64,000 nucleotides of DNA, from the NCBI RefSeq assembly GCF_006345805.1, contig NC_043021.1:9300001-9364000 (forward strand), read 5' to 3'. How positions within the stretch are numbered: the first letter of the stretch is position 1; each line of letters begins with the position of its first letter. The translations under genes were made by a program, and so were the position numbers. Of this stretch, positions 45,265 through 57,162 are shown piece by piece. This stretch comes from Octopus sinensis (taxonomy: Eukaryota). The notes beneath the pieces were generated by a model. The model did not search any database and was not told where the DNA came from. It worked only from the letters and a program-made list of their open reading frames with translations.

Positions 45265-45517
45265 GATTCCAGTGATGACCATCCCTTCGTATTTTTTCAG
45301 GGATGGTGTACCTTGGACTCTATTATCCAAAGGGTTCTCTTTGTTTTTTGATTCCAGTGATGACCATCCCTTCATATTTTTTTAGGGATGATTTACCTTG
45401 GACTCTATTATTCAAAGGGTTCTCTTTGTTTTTTGATTCCAGTGACGACCATCCCTTCGTATTTTTTCAGGGATGGTGTTCTTTGGACTCTATTATCCAA
45501 AGGGTTCTCTTTTTTTT
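45265..45517 (+). repeat. 85-bp tandem repeat x3 in the LENG1 3' UTR
   Basis: Units start at 45265, 45350 and 45435. Confidence 0.93.
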
Positions 45518-45815
45518 AAAACAGATGAGTGTGTGCTTCGAGAAACATTTGACTGCTATTTCTAGCAGGTCAAACACCCACATCTATACTGATCTATGGA
45601 CTTCAAATTAAAAAGTTGATTGTGTAGCCCTGATGGAGTGGGCCTTTGGTCAGTGGTTTCCTAGCTGGAAGCATATCCATTCTATCCTTCTCTTTTGTCA
45701 AAACAGTAAGGTGTGATTTGGTTGCTATTTTTAGCAAGTTGATCAACCACATACAATTTGTAGACCCCTTTGGCTCCAACTTGACTGGGATGGACCCTCT
45801 TAGCCATTCACTGTT

Positions 45816-45821
45816 AATAAA
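45816..45821 (+). terminator. Candidate LENG1 polyadenylation signal AATAAA
   Basis: First AATAAA downstream of the stop. Confidence 0.45.
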
Positions 45822-46597
45822 CATTTTTTTTTTTAAATATTAGGTGCAGGCATGGCTGTGTGGTAAGAAGCTTGCTTCACAACCACATGGTTACAGGTTC
45901 AATCTCACTGCATGGCACTTTGGGCAAATGTCTTTTATTATAGCCTTGGGCTGACCAAAGCCTTGTGAGTGGATTTGGTAGACAGTATTAATGTCTACCA
46001 AATCTGCTCACAAGGCTTTGGTCATCATTTTACAATTTGGAGCATGCTCTTGGGGTCACTGGAGTGGCGAAGAGATAATATATTTAATTTTTGTCTTTGG
46101 TTTGCAAGATTCTTGATGTGGACTTGTGTGTTGAAACAGGTTTCGTTGTACTGTGGGTGGGTTATTATGCCAATAATAAACACATGCGCTGTTTCAATTT
46201 CACTTCTTTATTATTTGTCAATTGGCTAATTTTTTAACTAACTAATCAATTGTTTAATTATTTGGTTAATCAATCAGCTATGATTGTCAAAGACCTTTCA
46301 TCACCATTCATGATTTCATCAACATGCCCTCTGGTAGGAAGCCATTTTCCTAATAGTTGAAAGAATTAAAAAAGCTATTTTAGTAGATACATGACTACTA
46401 AACTGAGTATTGTACTATATGGTTCGTCTGTTAGAGCATAGAGGACAAGTCAATGAAGAAGCTGCAAATGGCAACAAAAAGGATCTAGACAAACAATCGA
46501 TTAGATAAGTGGCTAAATAACTAACCAATTGACAAAATGAAAAGGAACCAGTGAGTGTGTTGTTATTGGTGTAATGAACCTCCCAAGACAACAAGGT

Positions 46598-47067
46598 AAT
46601 ACATTTGATGGATATTTGTCCTCATCTTCTTTGTTGTTAACACAATGTTTTGGCTGATAAACCCTCCAGCCCTCATAAGGTGTCTTGGGGAAATTTCAAA
46701 CCTGGGTTCTCATTCCTAAGGCATTTTTCAATGTTATTATTATTCAGGTCATTGCCTAGAATTGAACTCGGAATCTTGGGGTTAGTAGCCCACGCTCTTA
46801 ACCACCACGCCATATGCCCGTGGACATAGTGGGCGTAGTGGTTAAGAGCGTGGGCTAGAGTTCGATTCCAAGCAGTGACCTGAATAATAATAATAATAAT
46901 AATAACATTGAAAAATACATTAAGAATGAGAACCCAGGTTCGAAATTTCCCCAAGACACCTGATGAAGGCTGGAGGGTATATCAGCTGAAACGTTGTGTA
47001 ACAACAAACAAGATGAGGACAAATATCTGGCAAATGTAAATAATTCTTCATCTCTTAAATATCGAAC
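46598..47067. mobile_element. Head-to-head pair of family E elements (minus copy about 46598-46812, plus copy about 46832-47067)
   Basis: tRNA-like heads (ggcgtagtggttaag A-box, gagttcgattcc B-box), (AAT)n linker, shared tail with hammerhead motif. Confidence 0.8.
46955..46999 (+). ncRNA. Minimal type I hammerhead ribozyme motif, second copy
   Basis: gacac-CTGATGA-a-ggctg(gagggtatat)cagct-GAAAC-GTT-gtgt; core intact, closing stem II pair is G-U. Confidence 0.6.
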
Positions 47068-48192
47068 TGGACAAAATAATAATTTATTACCAGTAATATT
47101 CTCCAAGACATGGCAAAAATGTTACAGCTGTGATACCATCTGGAAGTGTAGTTATCTTTCATAAAGTTGGTAAAAGAAATAAATTCAAAAAAAATAAAAT
47201 TTATAAAATATTTGTTTATTAATTTTTGGTAAAATTTCATTGTTGTAACACTTAGGGTCAGAACAGTTCTAGAGATTTTCTTTTGACTGAAAATATCAGA
47301 AGGATCCACATAGTTTCTTTTAAGAGGAGTGAGACTGTGTGTTTTAAAAACTTTTGTACCTTGCCAAAATTTAGATTTAATAATATTCAGTCAAATGCCT
47401 TCATGAATAATAACCTCGTCAGTTCTGAAACAATCCAAATAATACTGTGTGACAAAATTTTTATTTTATTTCTGTCTTTTGGCAGTAAGTGTCGTTTCTT
47501 ATTTGCTTCTATCTAGAAATCAAAGGAAATGGTTACTATTCCCTTCAAACTTTGCTTTTGTCATCTGGACATCGATGTTTTGAAGCTGATATATTTTCCA
47601 TTACATATCAGGCAGATTCAGTGCCGAGTTGCTGAAGTAGAAATATCGTTATAGCAAATATTCTGCTCAATGCCACAGATTTGCTTGTCAGTTGCTTGAC
47701 CGTAACCACTTGAGCATGTCCCTTAGTGGTTGACAATATGTGCATCGCTGATGATGAGCAGGTATAGAAGGGGAGTATCATAGCCATGTGTTGAGAGGAG
47801 GGATTCTTTGGAGTTTGAATAAATATTGTAACAAAAGCAAAGTTTGAAGGAAATAATTAGCCATTTTTCATATCTTCTAGCAGTAAGCAAAATAGGAAAT
47901 AACAGTTGCTGTCCAAAGACAAAAACCGTGTTACACAGTGTAATTAAATGGCAGAATCTATGCTTCACTGCAACTCAAATATTTATGAAAAATTCTACTT
48001 GACCAAACATGGATAGGTGGTTCGTTAACACTGACATTTCTATTATGCAACCCAAGGGTTGTGTAATGGAATGGGTTTGATAGAATTATTATTCATAAGT
48101 GCTCTCTCACACATGGTTTTTTTTTTTCACTGTTCTGAGATTCAGGAGAGGACCAGACAAGCTTTGAATAACTAACTAATGACAAAAATGTG

Positions 48193-48228
<36 letters not shown>

Positions 48229-48325
48229 ATATTAAAATGGGGGTAAAAAATTGGATATCAATTTGAAAACATCAATTTAACACCAGTGGTCTAGCATATT
48301 AAAAAACTGAGGTTCAGTAAATAGT

Positions 48326-48520
48326 ATTACATACATAAGAGGGAATTACCACTATGTGGAAACCCTAATGCTAGAAATAGATCCGCTATGGTCTTACCAC
48401 TACGTTTTTGGTGTTTGCTAAATTTTCTAGAGAACAATTCTTAGTGGTAAGACCATAGCGGATCTATTTCTAGCTTTAGGGTTTCCACATAGTGGTAATT
48501 CCCTCTTATATGTATGTAAT
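48326..48520. repeat. Long inverted repeat, about 77-bp arms, 39-nt spacer
   Basis: 48326-48402 is the reverse complement of 48442-48520. Confidence 0.9.
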
Positions 48521-48528
48521 ATATATAT

Positions 48529-48922
48529 ATCAAAATAAGCAACAAGAATAACTCTGGTAATTTGGTACGATCGTTTTGCACTACATCATTTTATTAAATG
48601 TTGTAAGTATTACAACAGTTTTAAAATACTGAGCACTCATCAGCCATTAATAGCGGTTCTCCATTAATACATAATTTTCATATCAAGTGGTAACATTATC
48701 GAGAAGGTAGATATATAGACAAAGATGTGGATTTAAATTTTAAGAACATTTGAGGTAGTGGAGCTTATCAACTGACTGACTAATATATGAAAATTATGTA
48801 TTAATGGCTGATGAGTGCTCAGCAGTTTAAAACTGTTGTAATACTTACAACATTTAATAAAATGATGTAGTGCGAAACGATCGTACCAAATTACTGGAGT
48901 TATTCTTGTTGCTTATTTTGAT
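48529..48922. repeat. Long inverted repeat, about 138-bp arms, 100-nt spacer
   Basis: 48529-48683 (with a 17-nt internal duplication) versus 48785-48922. Confidence 0.9.
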
Positions 48923-49347
48923 TATAATCACCCCATGGATTTATATGGATAACACCATACAGAATTCTGGTGCATGTAACTTAAGTACCATATTCATTTG
49001 AATCTAAATTTTGCTATATATATATATATATATATATTTATTATATATATGTTATGCATACATACACATATGTATACACACACACACACACATTTAAGAT
49101 AAATATGCACAATCCCATTAAAACACGGGCACAAAGGTTTGCCAACAATGTGTGGTTGCTGGATGTTTGCAAAGAAAAAGGGAAACAAACCTTATGATTA
49201 AACTATTCATGTGAACAGTGGAAACAGGTGAGGGTTGGCGAGAGGGAGGGCAATCTGGCCATAAAAATATCTGACCCCTATAAGCATGGAAAAGTAGACG
49301 CAATATAAAGATGATGTGAGAAGAGAGGGGGTATCAACAGTAGTATA

Positions 49348-49757
49348 TATTTCTTTACTGCCCACAAGGGGCTAAACATAGAGGGGACAAACAAGGACAG
49401 ACAAAGGGATTAAGTCGATTGCATCGACCCCAGTGTGAAACTGGTGCTTTATTTATCGACCCCGAAAGGATGAAAGGCAAAGTTGACCTCGGTGGAATTT
49501 GAACTCAGAACGTAACGAGACGAAATACCTATTTCTTTACTACCTACAAGGGGCTAAACATAGAGGGGACAAACAAGGACAGACAAAGGGATTAAGTTGA
49601 TTGCATCGACCCCAGTGCATAACTGGTGCTTTATTTATTGACCCCCGAAAGGATGAAAGGCAAAGTTGACCTCGGCGGAATTTGAACTCAGAACACAACG
49701 ACAGACGAAATACCGCTAAGCATTTCGCCCGGCGCACTAACGTTTCTGCCAGCTTGC
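49348..49757 (-). mobile_element. SINE family B head-to-tail dimer
   Basis: Junction gaaatac|ctatttctttact near 49528. Confidence 0.88.
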
Positions 49758-50199
49758 CGGTTTGTAACAGTCTGGGAACATGTTTGAAGTGAGAAAGGAA
49801 CAGATTAACACTAAACATCCAGAGATTTATTACAGTCTGGTGGTGGTGGTGGTGGGGCATGTTTTATATACTTTGATGATGGAATTCTGGCTTAAGCACT
49901 CCATATAACCCCTCAGAACTTTTATATTTTTTGGAATTTTCAGAAAATTCTTACGATTTTGTGAGAATTCATATGCAAAAAAAAAAAAAAATTGTGTGAT
50001 TTAAGGGTGACATAGCTGTTATTTTTAGCACATCTCACGACCACCTGATACCTTCCTTGTTCCTTTGTCACTCTGACATGTATTGATATTTTTCAATATT
50101 TTTCTCATATCATTTAATGGAATGATGATAAACCCAATGATCATAACCAAATACTCGGTTGTGAGCTGTATCTAACCAGGTAAATTACTCTTGCCAGGT

Positions 50200-50613
50200 C
50201 ACTAAAAAGATCCAAGTATAGATAGTGGCCTTTTCCTGGAAACGTACAAGTTACTTGCCAAATATGACATAGTTACACCAATCAACATCACCATGAATTT
50301 CCACAGATAGGACATATGTCCCATCTCTCTTTGCAGAGCCAGAGTAAGTTTGTCAACCAGCTTGGTGATCATATTAGAGGAGCCCTCTTACAAAAAGATT
50401 GAAGAGATCTAGTATTTTGCTCATGTTTGATAGCAAAATTAAACATTATAGGCATAGGAGTGGCTGTGTGGTAAGTAGCTTGCTAACGAACCACATGGTT
50501 CCGGGTTCAGTCCCACTGCGTGGCACCTTGGGCAAGTGTCTTCTACTATAGCCTCGGGCCGACTAAAGCCTTGTGAGTGGATTTGATAGATGGAAACTGA
50601 AAGAAGCCCGTTG

Positions 50614-50648
<35 letters not shown>

Positions 50649-51524
50649 CTGTGTTTGTCCCAACATCGCTTGACAACCGATGCTGGTGTGTTTATGTCCC
50701 CGTAACTTAGCGGTTCGGCAAAAGAGACCGATAGAATAAGTACTAGGCTTACAAAGAATAAAGTCCTGAGGTCGATTTGCTCGACTAAAGGCGGTGCTCC
50801 AGCATGGCCTCAGTCAAACGACTGAAACAAGTAAAAGAGTATTCAGTTAGTATGAGAACTGTGCAGTGTGCTATTAAAAAATATATGAGCACTCTGGCTA
50901 TTTCTCACTGACTAAATGTCCCAAGTGATTTGGTATGTTCACACCGAAGATAGAGAAGTCAGTTTGGTAAGAGTCTTTCATTGACTTGCATTTAGTTATA
51001 TGGAAAACCAGCTGATGACATTGGAAAGCAGATATGTGACCAACTGCAAGTAAATGGCCTTAAGCTGAAGCACCGCTGAAACTGGACAGAAATGTATTTT
51101 GGATAAGAACCCAAGCAGTGTTTGTGCCATGTAACAATCATATGCTTGGCCTTGCCGCCGTGTATGCAGCCGGTGTTGGAGCAGTCTGTGACTTCGGCAC
51201 TATATACACATTCTTCTCACAGGAAAGACAATCTCTAGGAAATATGTCCTAATTCACAATAAGTAAATGCATGGGACAAGGTGGAATTCAAAGCATGAAA
51301 CTGTACACGTATTTGCTGTGTAGATGAGGAAATACCAGAAGTTTTAGGATGTGTTGAGAGATGAGCCAGAAGTGGCTGTGTGGTAAGTAGCTTGTTTACA
51401 AACCACATGGTTCCGGGTTCAGTCCCACTGCGTAGCACCTTGGCAAGTGTCTTCTACTATAGCCTCGGGCCGACTAAAGCCTTGTGAGTGGATTTGATAG
51501 ATGGAAACTGAAAGAAGCCCGTTG

Positions 51525-51559
<35 letters not shown>

Positions 51560-52960
51560 CTGTGTTTGTCCCAACATCGCTTGACAACCGATGCTGGTGT
51601 GTTTATGTCCCCGTAACTTAGCGGTTCGGCAAAAGAGACCGATAGAATAAGTACTAGGCTTACAAAGAATAAAGTCCTGAGGTCGATTTGCTCGACTAAA
51701 GGCGGTGCTCCAGCATGGCCTCAGTCAAACGACTGAAACAAGTAAAAGAGTATTCAGTTAGTATGAGAACTGTGCAGTGTGCTATTAAAAAATATATGAG
51801 CACTCTGGCTATTTCTCACTGACTAAATGTCCCAAGTGATTTGGTATGTTCACACCGAAGATAGAGAAGTCAGTTTGGTAAGAGTCTTTCATTGACTTGC
51901 ATTTAGTTATATGGAAAACCAGCTGATGACATTGGAAAGCAGATATGTGACCAACTGCAAGTAAATGGCCTTAAGCTGAAGCACCGCTGAAACTGGACAG
52001 AAATGTATTTTGGATAAGAACCCAAGCAGTGTTTGTGCCATGTAACAATCATATGCTTGGCCTTGCCGCCGTGTATGCAGCCGGTGTTGGAGCAGTCTGT
52101 GACTTCGGCACTATATACACATTCTTCTCACAGGAAAGACAATCTCTAGGAAATATGTCCTAATTCACAATAAGTAAATGCATGGGACAAGGTGGAATTC
52201 AAAGCATGAAACTGTACACGTATTTGCTGTGTAGATGAGGAAATACCAGAAGTTTTAGGATGTGTTGAGAGATGAGCCAGAAGTGGCTGTGTGGTAAGTA
52301 GCTTGTTTACAAACCACATGGTTCCGGGTTCAGTCCCACTGCGTAGCACCTTGGGCAAGTGTCTTCTACTTGGGCCGACCAAAGCCTTGTGAGTGGATTT
52401 GGTAGACGGAAACTGAAAGAAGCCCGTCGTATATATGTGTATATATATATATATATATGCATGTGTGTGTTTGTGTGTGTGTTTGTCCCCCTAGCATTGC
52501 TTGACAACCGATGCTGGTGTGTTTATGTCCCCGATACTTAGCGGTTCGGCAAAAGAGACCGATAGAATAAGTACTGGGCTTACAAAAGAATAAGTCCTGG
52601 GGTCGAGTTGCTCGATTAAAGGCGGTGCTCCGGCATGGCCGCAGTCAAATGACTGAAACAAGTAAAAGAGTAAGAAACCTATGAAACCAAGAGTGATGCA
52701 GAAAATTTACGTTTGTTTCCTTATTGCATTTTTGGAGCCCAGAATTAACCAAAGTGGATGATGTTCAGATGTACCTGCAGCAAGAAGGACTTGCACTTGA
52801 TCAATGTGCGTATAAGTTAAAAGCATTCGATTTGTTTTGCAAAGAAAAATGAGAATGTCTAGTGCGAAAAGCAACTGAAAAAGATCTGAAGATGGGCAAA
52901 ATGTTTTGTGCTTTTGGAAGAGGGAAGGGTTAGAAGATACTTGGTGAGCAGGGTTGTCAT
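50200..52960 (+). mobile_element. Decayed hAT-superfamily transposase, split by SINE A insertions and a tandem duplication
   Basis: Broken frames in the correct order: LFLETYKLLAKYD, QSQSKFVNQLGDHIR, ESFID, GKPADDIGKQICDQL, AVFVPCNNHMLGLAAVYAA, GTRWNSKHETV, FW..LTKVDDVQMYLQQEGLALDQC. Confidence 0.7.
50452..52672 (+). repeat. 911-bp tandem duplication bounded by three SINE A copies
   Basis: Unique text tattcagttagtatgag... starts at 50840 and 51751; duplicated ORFs at 51235 and 52146 are 911 bp apart. Confidence 0.93.
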
Positions 52961-53039
52961 GTTGGTTTGCCTTAGTACAAGAAAAGATGCTTGTAGTATC
53001 ATCTTCACATACGATGCTGAATTCAAGTATTTGTTACTT

Positions 53040-53590
53040 CATGAAGGAATTAACTACTACAACCCAACAAGAGTCTAACAAACGTATACACAACCCAACA
53101 AAGGTCACAGACAACCCAATGAGGGCCAAACAATCTAATGAAGGTCACAATTTGATGAAGACTACACAACCCAACAAAGGTCAAATACATAACCCGATGA
53201 GGGCCAAACAATTCAATGAAGGTCACAATTTGATGAAGGCTATATACAACCCAACAAAGGTCAAATACATAACCCAACAAAGGTCACATACACAACCCAA
53301 CAAAGGTCACATACACAACCTGATGAGGACCAAACAATTCAATGAAGGTCACAATTTGATGAAGGCTATACACAACCCAAGAAAGGTTACATACAGAACC
53401 CAACAAAGGTCACATACACAACCCAACAAAGGTCACATACACAACTTGATGAGGACCAAACAATTCAATGAAGGCTATACACAACCCAAGAAAGGTCAAA
53501 TACACAACCCAACAAAGGTTACATACAGAACCCAATGAGGACCAAACAATTTAATGAAAGTCACAATTTAATGAAGACCATACTGAACCC
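53040..53590. repeat. Compound minisatellite (acacaacccaacaaaggtcacat and gatgaggaccaaacaattcaatgaagg subunits)
   Basis: Direct reading; lies just downstream of the CD2BP2 stop. Confidence 0.85.
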
Positions 53591-53798
53591 AACATTTTCA
53601 GGTTTCTGGAGGGATAATCAATCTCACCAACGGCCACAGCAGTTAATAGTTTGAGACACCTGACACAGGTTAAGAGATCGTTGTAAATATCAAAGATGGG
53701 TTATTTACAATAACAACAACAACAACAACCAAAGAGAAATGTTAAAAATAACGTCAGCCGTTTTGTAAAATGGTTGCGAGAAGTGTGTTTCCAGGGTT

Positions 53799-54001
53799 TT
53801 AAATGTAAAGATCAAAGTCAATTCTCCTTGAACTGTAGAACTGACCGGTGCTGTCGGCTTTTTTTACGTAAACTCCATTTGGGAAATATCCTTCTGTTGT
53901 CCAATGTAACATCTGCGAACTGGTGTAAGGGCCATAGACATCCGAATCAGCATCCTGCCATTTATACAACCACAGGACTTCCTCAACACCCGTAGAGGTT
54001 T
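53799..54001 (-). CDS. CD2BP2: CD2BP2 terminal exon 4, GYF domain
   Basis: CCAG acceptor; [36 protein letters not shown]...[13 protein letters not shown]-stop. Spliced total 1239 nt = 412 aa. Confidence 0.95.
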
Positions 54002-54639
54002 CTGGAAAAATGAAATGCAACACATTAATAATAAAAATGTATGTATGTATATCAAACGAGGCACAAGCATTTACACACACACACGATGGACCTTCCACCA
54101 ACCAAATTCACACACAAGCCATTTTAGATTTATAAATTTCTCAAAATTCTCAGCGGTGGTGCCCCAGCATGGCTGCGGCCTTCGGGCTCAAACATTTTTA
54201 AGGATTCTATGTTGATGGAATTATTTTTGAATTTATGGAGTGGTTTACTATTTGTGGTTCCTACTTTTACTCTAGCCATGCTAGAGCACCGCCTTTAGTC
54301 GAGCAAATCGATCCCAGGACTTATTCTATACATCAGTATAGAAGGATGGAATATTCCGATAAAGGAAATGGGGATCAGTAGTAGAATATTCTACATTAGG
54401 ATCTTTGACATAAGCTGTAGGCCACAGAGCAGTGGCAAAAAGGTAGAAGAACCACTTATTTTATCTTCTCCGTAGTCCACTTAAGAATGAAAATCAAACT
54501 TTGATTTTGATAGGATTAGAACTCGGAACAGTCCAAACCATAAGTAACTATCACAATGTCATTGTGGCATGGCCTTGCTGGGTGGGACACTTGCTACTAG
54601 GGTACAGATGACTGCATTGACCTTGAAACAATGACAGGC

Positions 54640-55205
54640 CGAGTTAACCTAGCTAGGATTTATGCATGCCTTTCCTTCCTTGGACACACGAAGACCTGTT
54701 GAGGGAAGCGAAGTCGAAATCGAATTCAAAATTGAACCAATCCTATGACTGGCACCCAGCAATTGCCAGGGCCACTGGACTGACTCCTGTGCAGGTGGCA
54801 AGTAAAGAAACAGTTTTGACCCTGTGCTTGAGGAGATCCATTGAGTCAAGGACACCAACATCAAAAATCAATGGAAACTGCAGTTGTGATCCCTGTGCTG
54901 GTGGCACGTAAAAAGCACCAATCCAATCGTGACTGTTACCAGCGCCGCCTTGACTGGCTTCCGTGCCGGTGGCACATGAAAAGCACCATCCGAACGTGGC
55001 TGTTGCCAGCTTGCCTGGCACGTAAAAAGCACCCACTACACTCACGGAGTGCTTGGCGTTAGGAAGGGCATCCAGCTGTAGAAACACTGCCAGATCAGAC
55101 TGGAGCCTGGTGCAGCCTCCTGGTTTCCCAGATCCCCGGTTGAACCGTCCAACCCATGCTAGCATGGAGAACGGACGTTAAATGATGATGATGATGATGA
55201 TGATG
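54640..55205 (+). mobile_element. Family C, long copy
   Basis: Core motif and (GAT)n tail. Confidence 0.8.
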
Positions 55206-55424
55206 AAAGTGACGTAATCAAATACCACAAAGTATTCTGTTTGGTGTTCTACTGATTGTTTACACTTACTTGACTGCTGCACACCCCAAATCTAAGCTTT
55301 ATGATAACGTATGATTAATTCAAAACAATGTGAATAAATAAGCATTAGATTTGACACAATAATCTGAATGTTAATGGGTTAATTCTTGATAAGCACTGTC
55401 CACCTAGCAGTGAATAGGTAGGTA

Positions 55425-55685
55425 GGTAGGAAGGTAGGTATGTATATATGTATGTATGTGTGTGTATGTGTGTCTGTCTGTATGTAGGTATGTGCATGTA
55501 TGTATGTATATATGTGTATGCATGTATGTATGTATGTGTGTGCATATGTGTGTATGTATGTGTATGGGTGTGCATATGTTTGTGTGTCTGTCTGTATGTA
55601 TGTGTGTGTGTCTGTCTGTATGTATGTGTGTATATGTGTGTGTATCTGTCTGTCTGTCTGTATGTATGCGTGTGTGTGTGTGTGC
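55425..55685. repeat. (TG/TA)-rich microsatellite
   Basis: Direct reading. Confidence 0.92.
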
Positions 55686-55889
55686 ATCTCGCTTGTCGCA
55701 GGGAGGGAGCCTGTCTCCCTTTTCAGTTGTTAGAAAAATGCTCTCACGTAGCAAAGAGTTGTTTTGACTCTTATTTCTAGCAATGCTGTTGCTTACTAGC
55801 ACCCTTCCGTCGTTTTAGTGACAACTATACTAAATTACAAAAGTTTCTAAATAACAAAAAGCCACCTTAATAATTCATTTATATACTCT

Positions 55890-56097
55890 GTTTGCTTGTT
55901 TCAGTCATTTGACTGTGGCCATGCTGGAGCACCGCCTTTAGTCGAAAAAAAATCGAACCCAGGACTTATTCTTTGTAAGCCTAGTACTTATTCTATCGGT
56001 CTCTTTTGCTGAACCGCTAAGTTACGGGGATGTAAACACACCAGCATCGGTTGTCAAGTGATGTTGGGGGAACAAACAGACACTCACACGTACATAC

Positions 56098-56130
<33 letters not shown>
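55890..56130 (-). mobile_element. SINE family A, 3' half
   Basis: Tail motifs. Confidence 0.8.
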
Positions 56131-56135
<5 letters not shown>

Positions 56136-56303
56136 ATGGCATTGTTCAGCTTATTTCAAGATTTCTTGCTAATAGAGGAAGGGCTGCTTTCTAACCAAGA
56201 TTCAAGGCTCTTTCATTGGAATTTCAACATCAACAAGGTATTTTTGTATATATGTATGTATTCTCATGCATATAGTTACATATCTAGACATGCTCATTTA
56301 TAT

Positions 56304-56690
56304 TTAAATGATAAACTTCTGGAAAGTTTTACAGATATTTACAGTTCCTGTGATGGATTGGATCTGTAATCTGTGAATTGACTTTCTCCTTTCTGGTATT
56401 GTGAAGCCTAATTTCTCAAGATTGGTATTTATGCAGTGTGTTACATATCCCAGGGCCCCAATAATTACAGGTATAAACCTGAACTTGTAATCTGGATAGA
56501 GTAACTGCAGATTTCTCAATAGTTCAGCATAGATGTTGTCTTTTTCACTGATCTTCAGTTTTATGTTAACATCAGATGGGCAGCTAATTTCCACAACTAA
56601 GCACAGTTTCTCTTCTCTATCCCAAATCATTATATCAGGTCTGTTGTGCTTACATTTTATTGAGGTCTTCACTGGAACATTCCATTCACA
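56304..56690 (-). mobile_element. 3' end of an RLE-type (R4/Dong- or NeSL-like) non-LTR retrotransposon
   Basis: HNRPDIMIWDREEKLCLVVEISCP.D.N..LK.SEK...Y..L...IPVIIGALG...GTVNICK: PD-(D/E)xK restriction-like endonuclease domain running to the stop. Confidence 0.85.
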
Positions 56691-56699
56691 AGTGAGATC

Positions 56700-57105
56700 A
56701 TTACCAGAGCAACAAGCTGGCCTTCATACTGATGGCACGTTAAAAACACCATTCGAATGTGATCGTTACCTGCGTCACCTTACTAACATTTGTGCTGGTG
56801 GCACGTGGGAAGAAACATTCGAGCGAGGTTGTTGCCAGTGCCACAGGACTGGCTCCTGTGCAGGTGGTACATAAAAAGCACTATTTGAGCATGGCCGTTG
56901 CCAGTACCACCTAACTTGCCCTCATGCCGGTGGCACGTAAAAGCACCCACTACACTCTCGGAGTGGTTGGCGTTAGGAAGGGCATCCAGCTGTAGAAACC
57001 CAGATCAGATTGGTTCGCCAGACCACAGTCAAATCGTCCAACCCATGCTAGCATGGAAAGCGGACGTTAAACGACGACGACGACGACGATGATGATAATG
57101 ATGAT
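56700..57105 (+). mobile_element. Family C copy
   Basis: Core motif and (GAC/GAT)n tail. Confidence 0.75.
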
Positions 57106-57162
57106 GTATTTATGTATGTATGTATGTATGTATGTATGTAGCAAAATGAGAAACAGCCTTAC

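Noticed and set aside
45265-45517. Box C/D snoRNA cluster (GTGATGA resembles box C)
   Set aside because: No box D (CTGA) on the same strand in the unit, and the location is 3' UTR rather than intron.
48800-48835. Hammerhead-like CTGATGAG
   Set aside because: No GAAA box after a stem II.
53315-53360. Hammerhead-like CTGATGAGGACC...GGTC
   Set aside because: Followed by ACAA rather than CGAAA; part of a minisatellite.
52954-53538. 194-aa ORF with HNP/QRSH repeats
   Set aside because: Entirely derived from a compound minisatellite; no splice or homology support.
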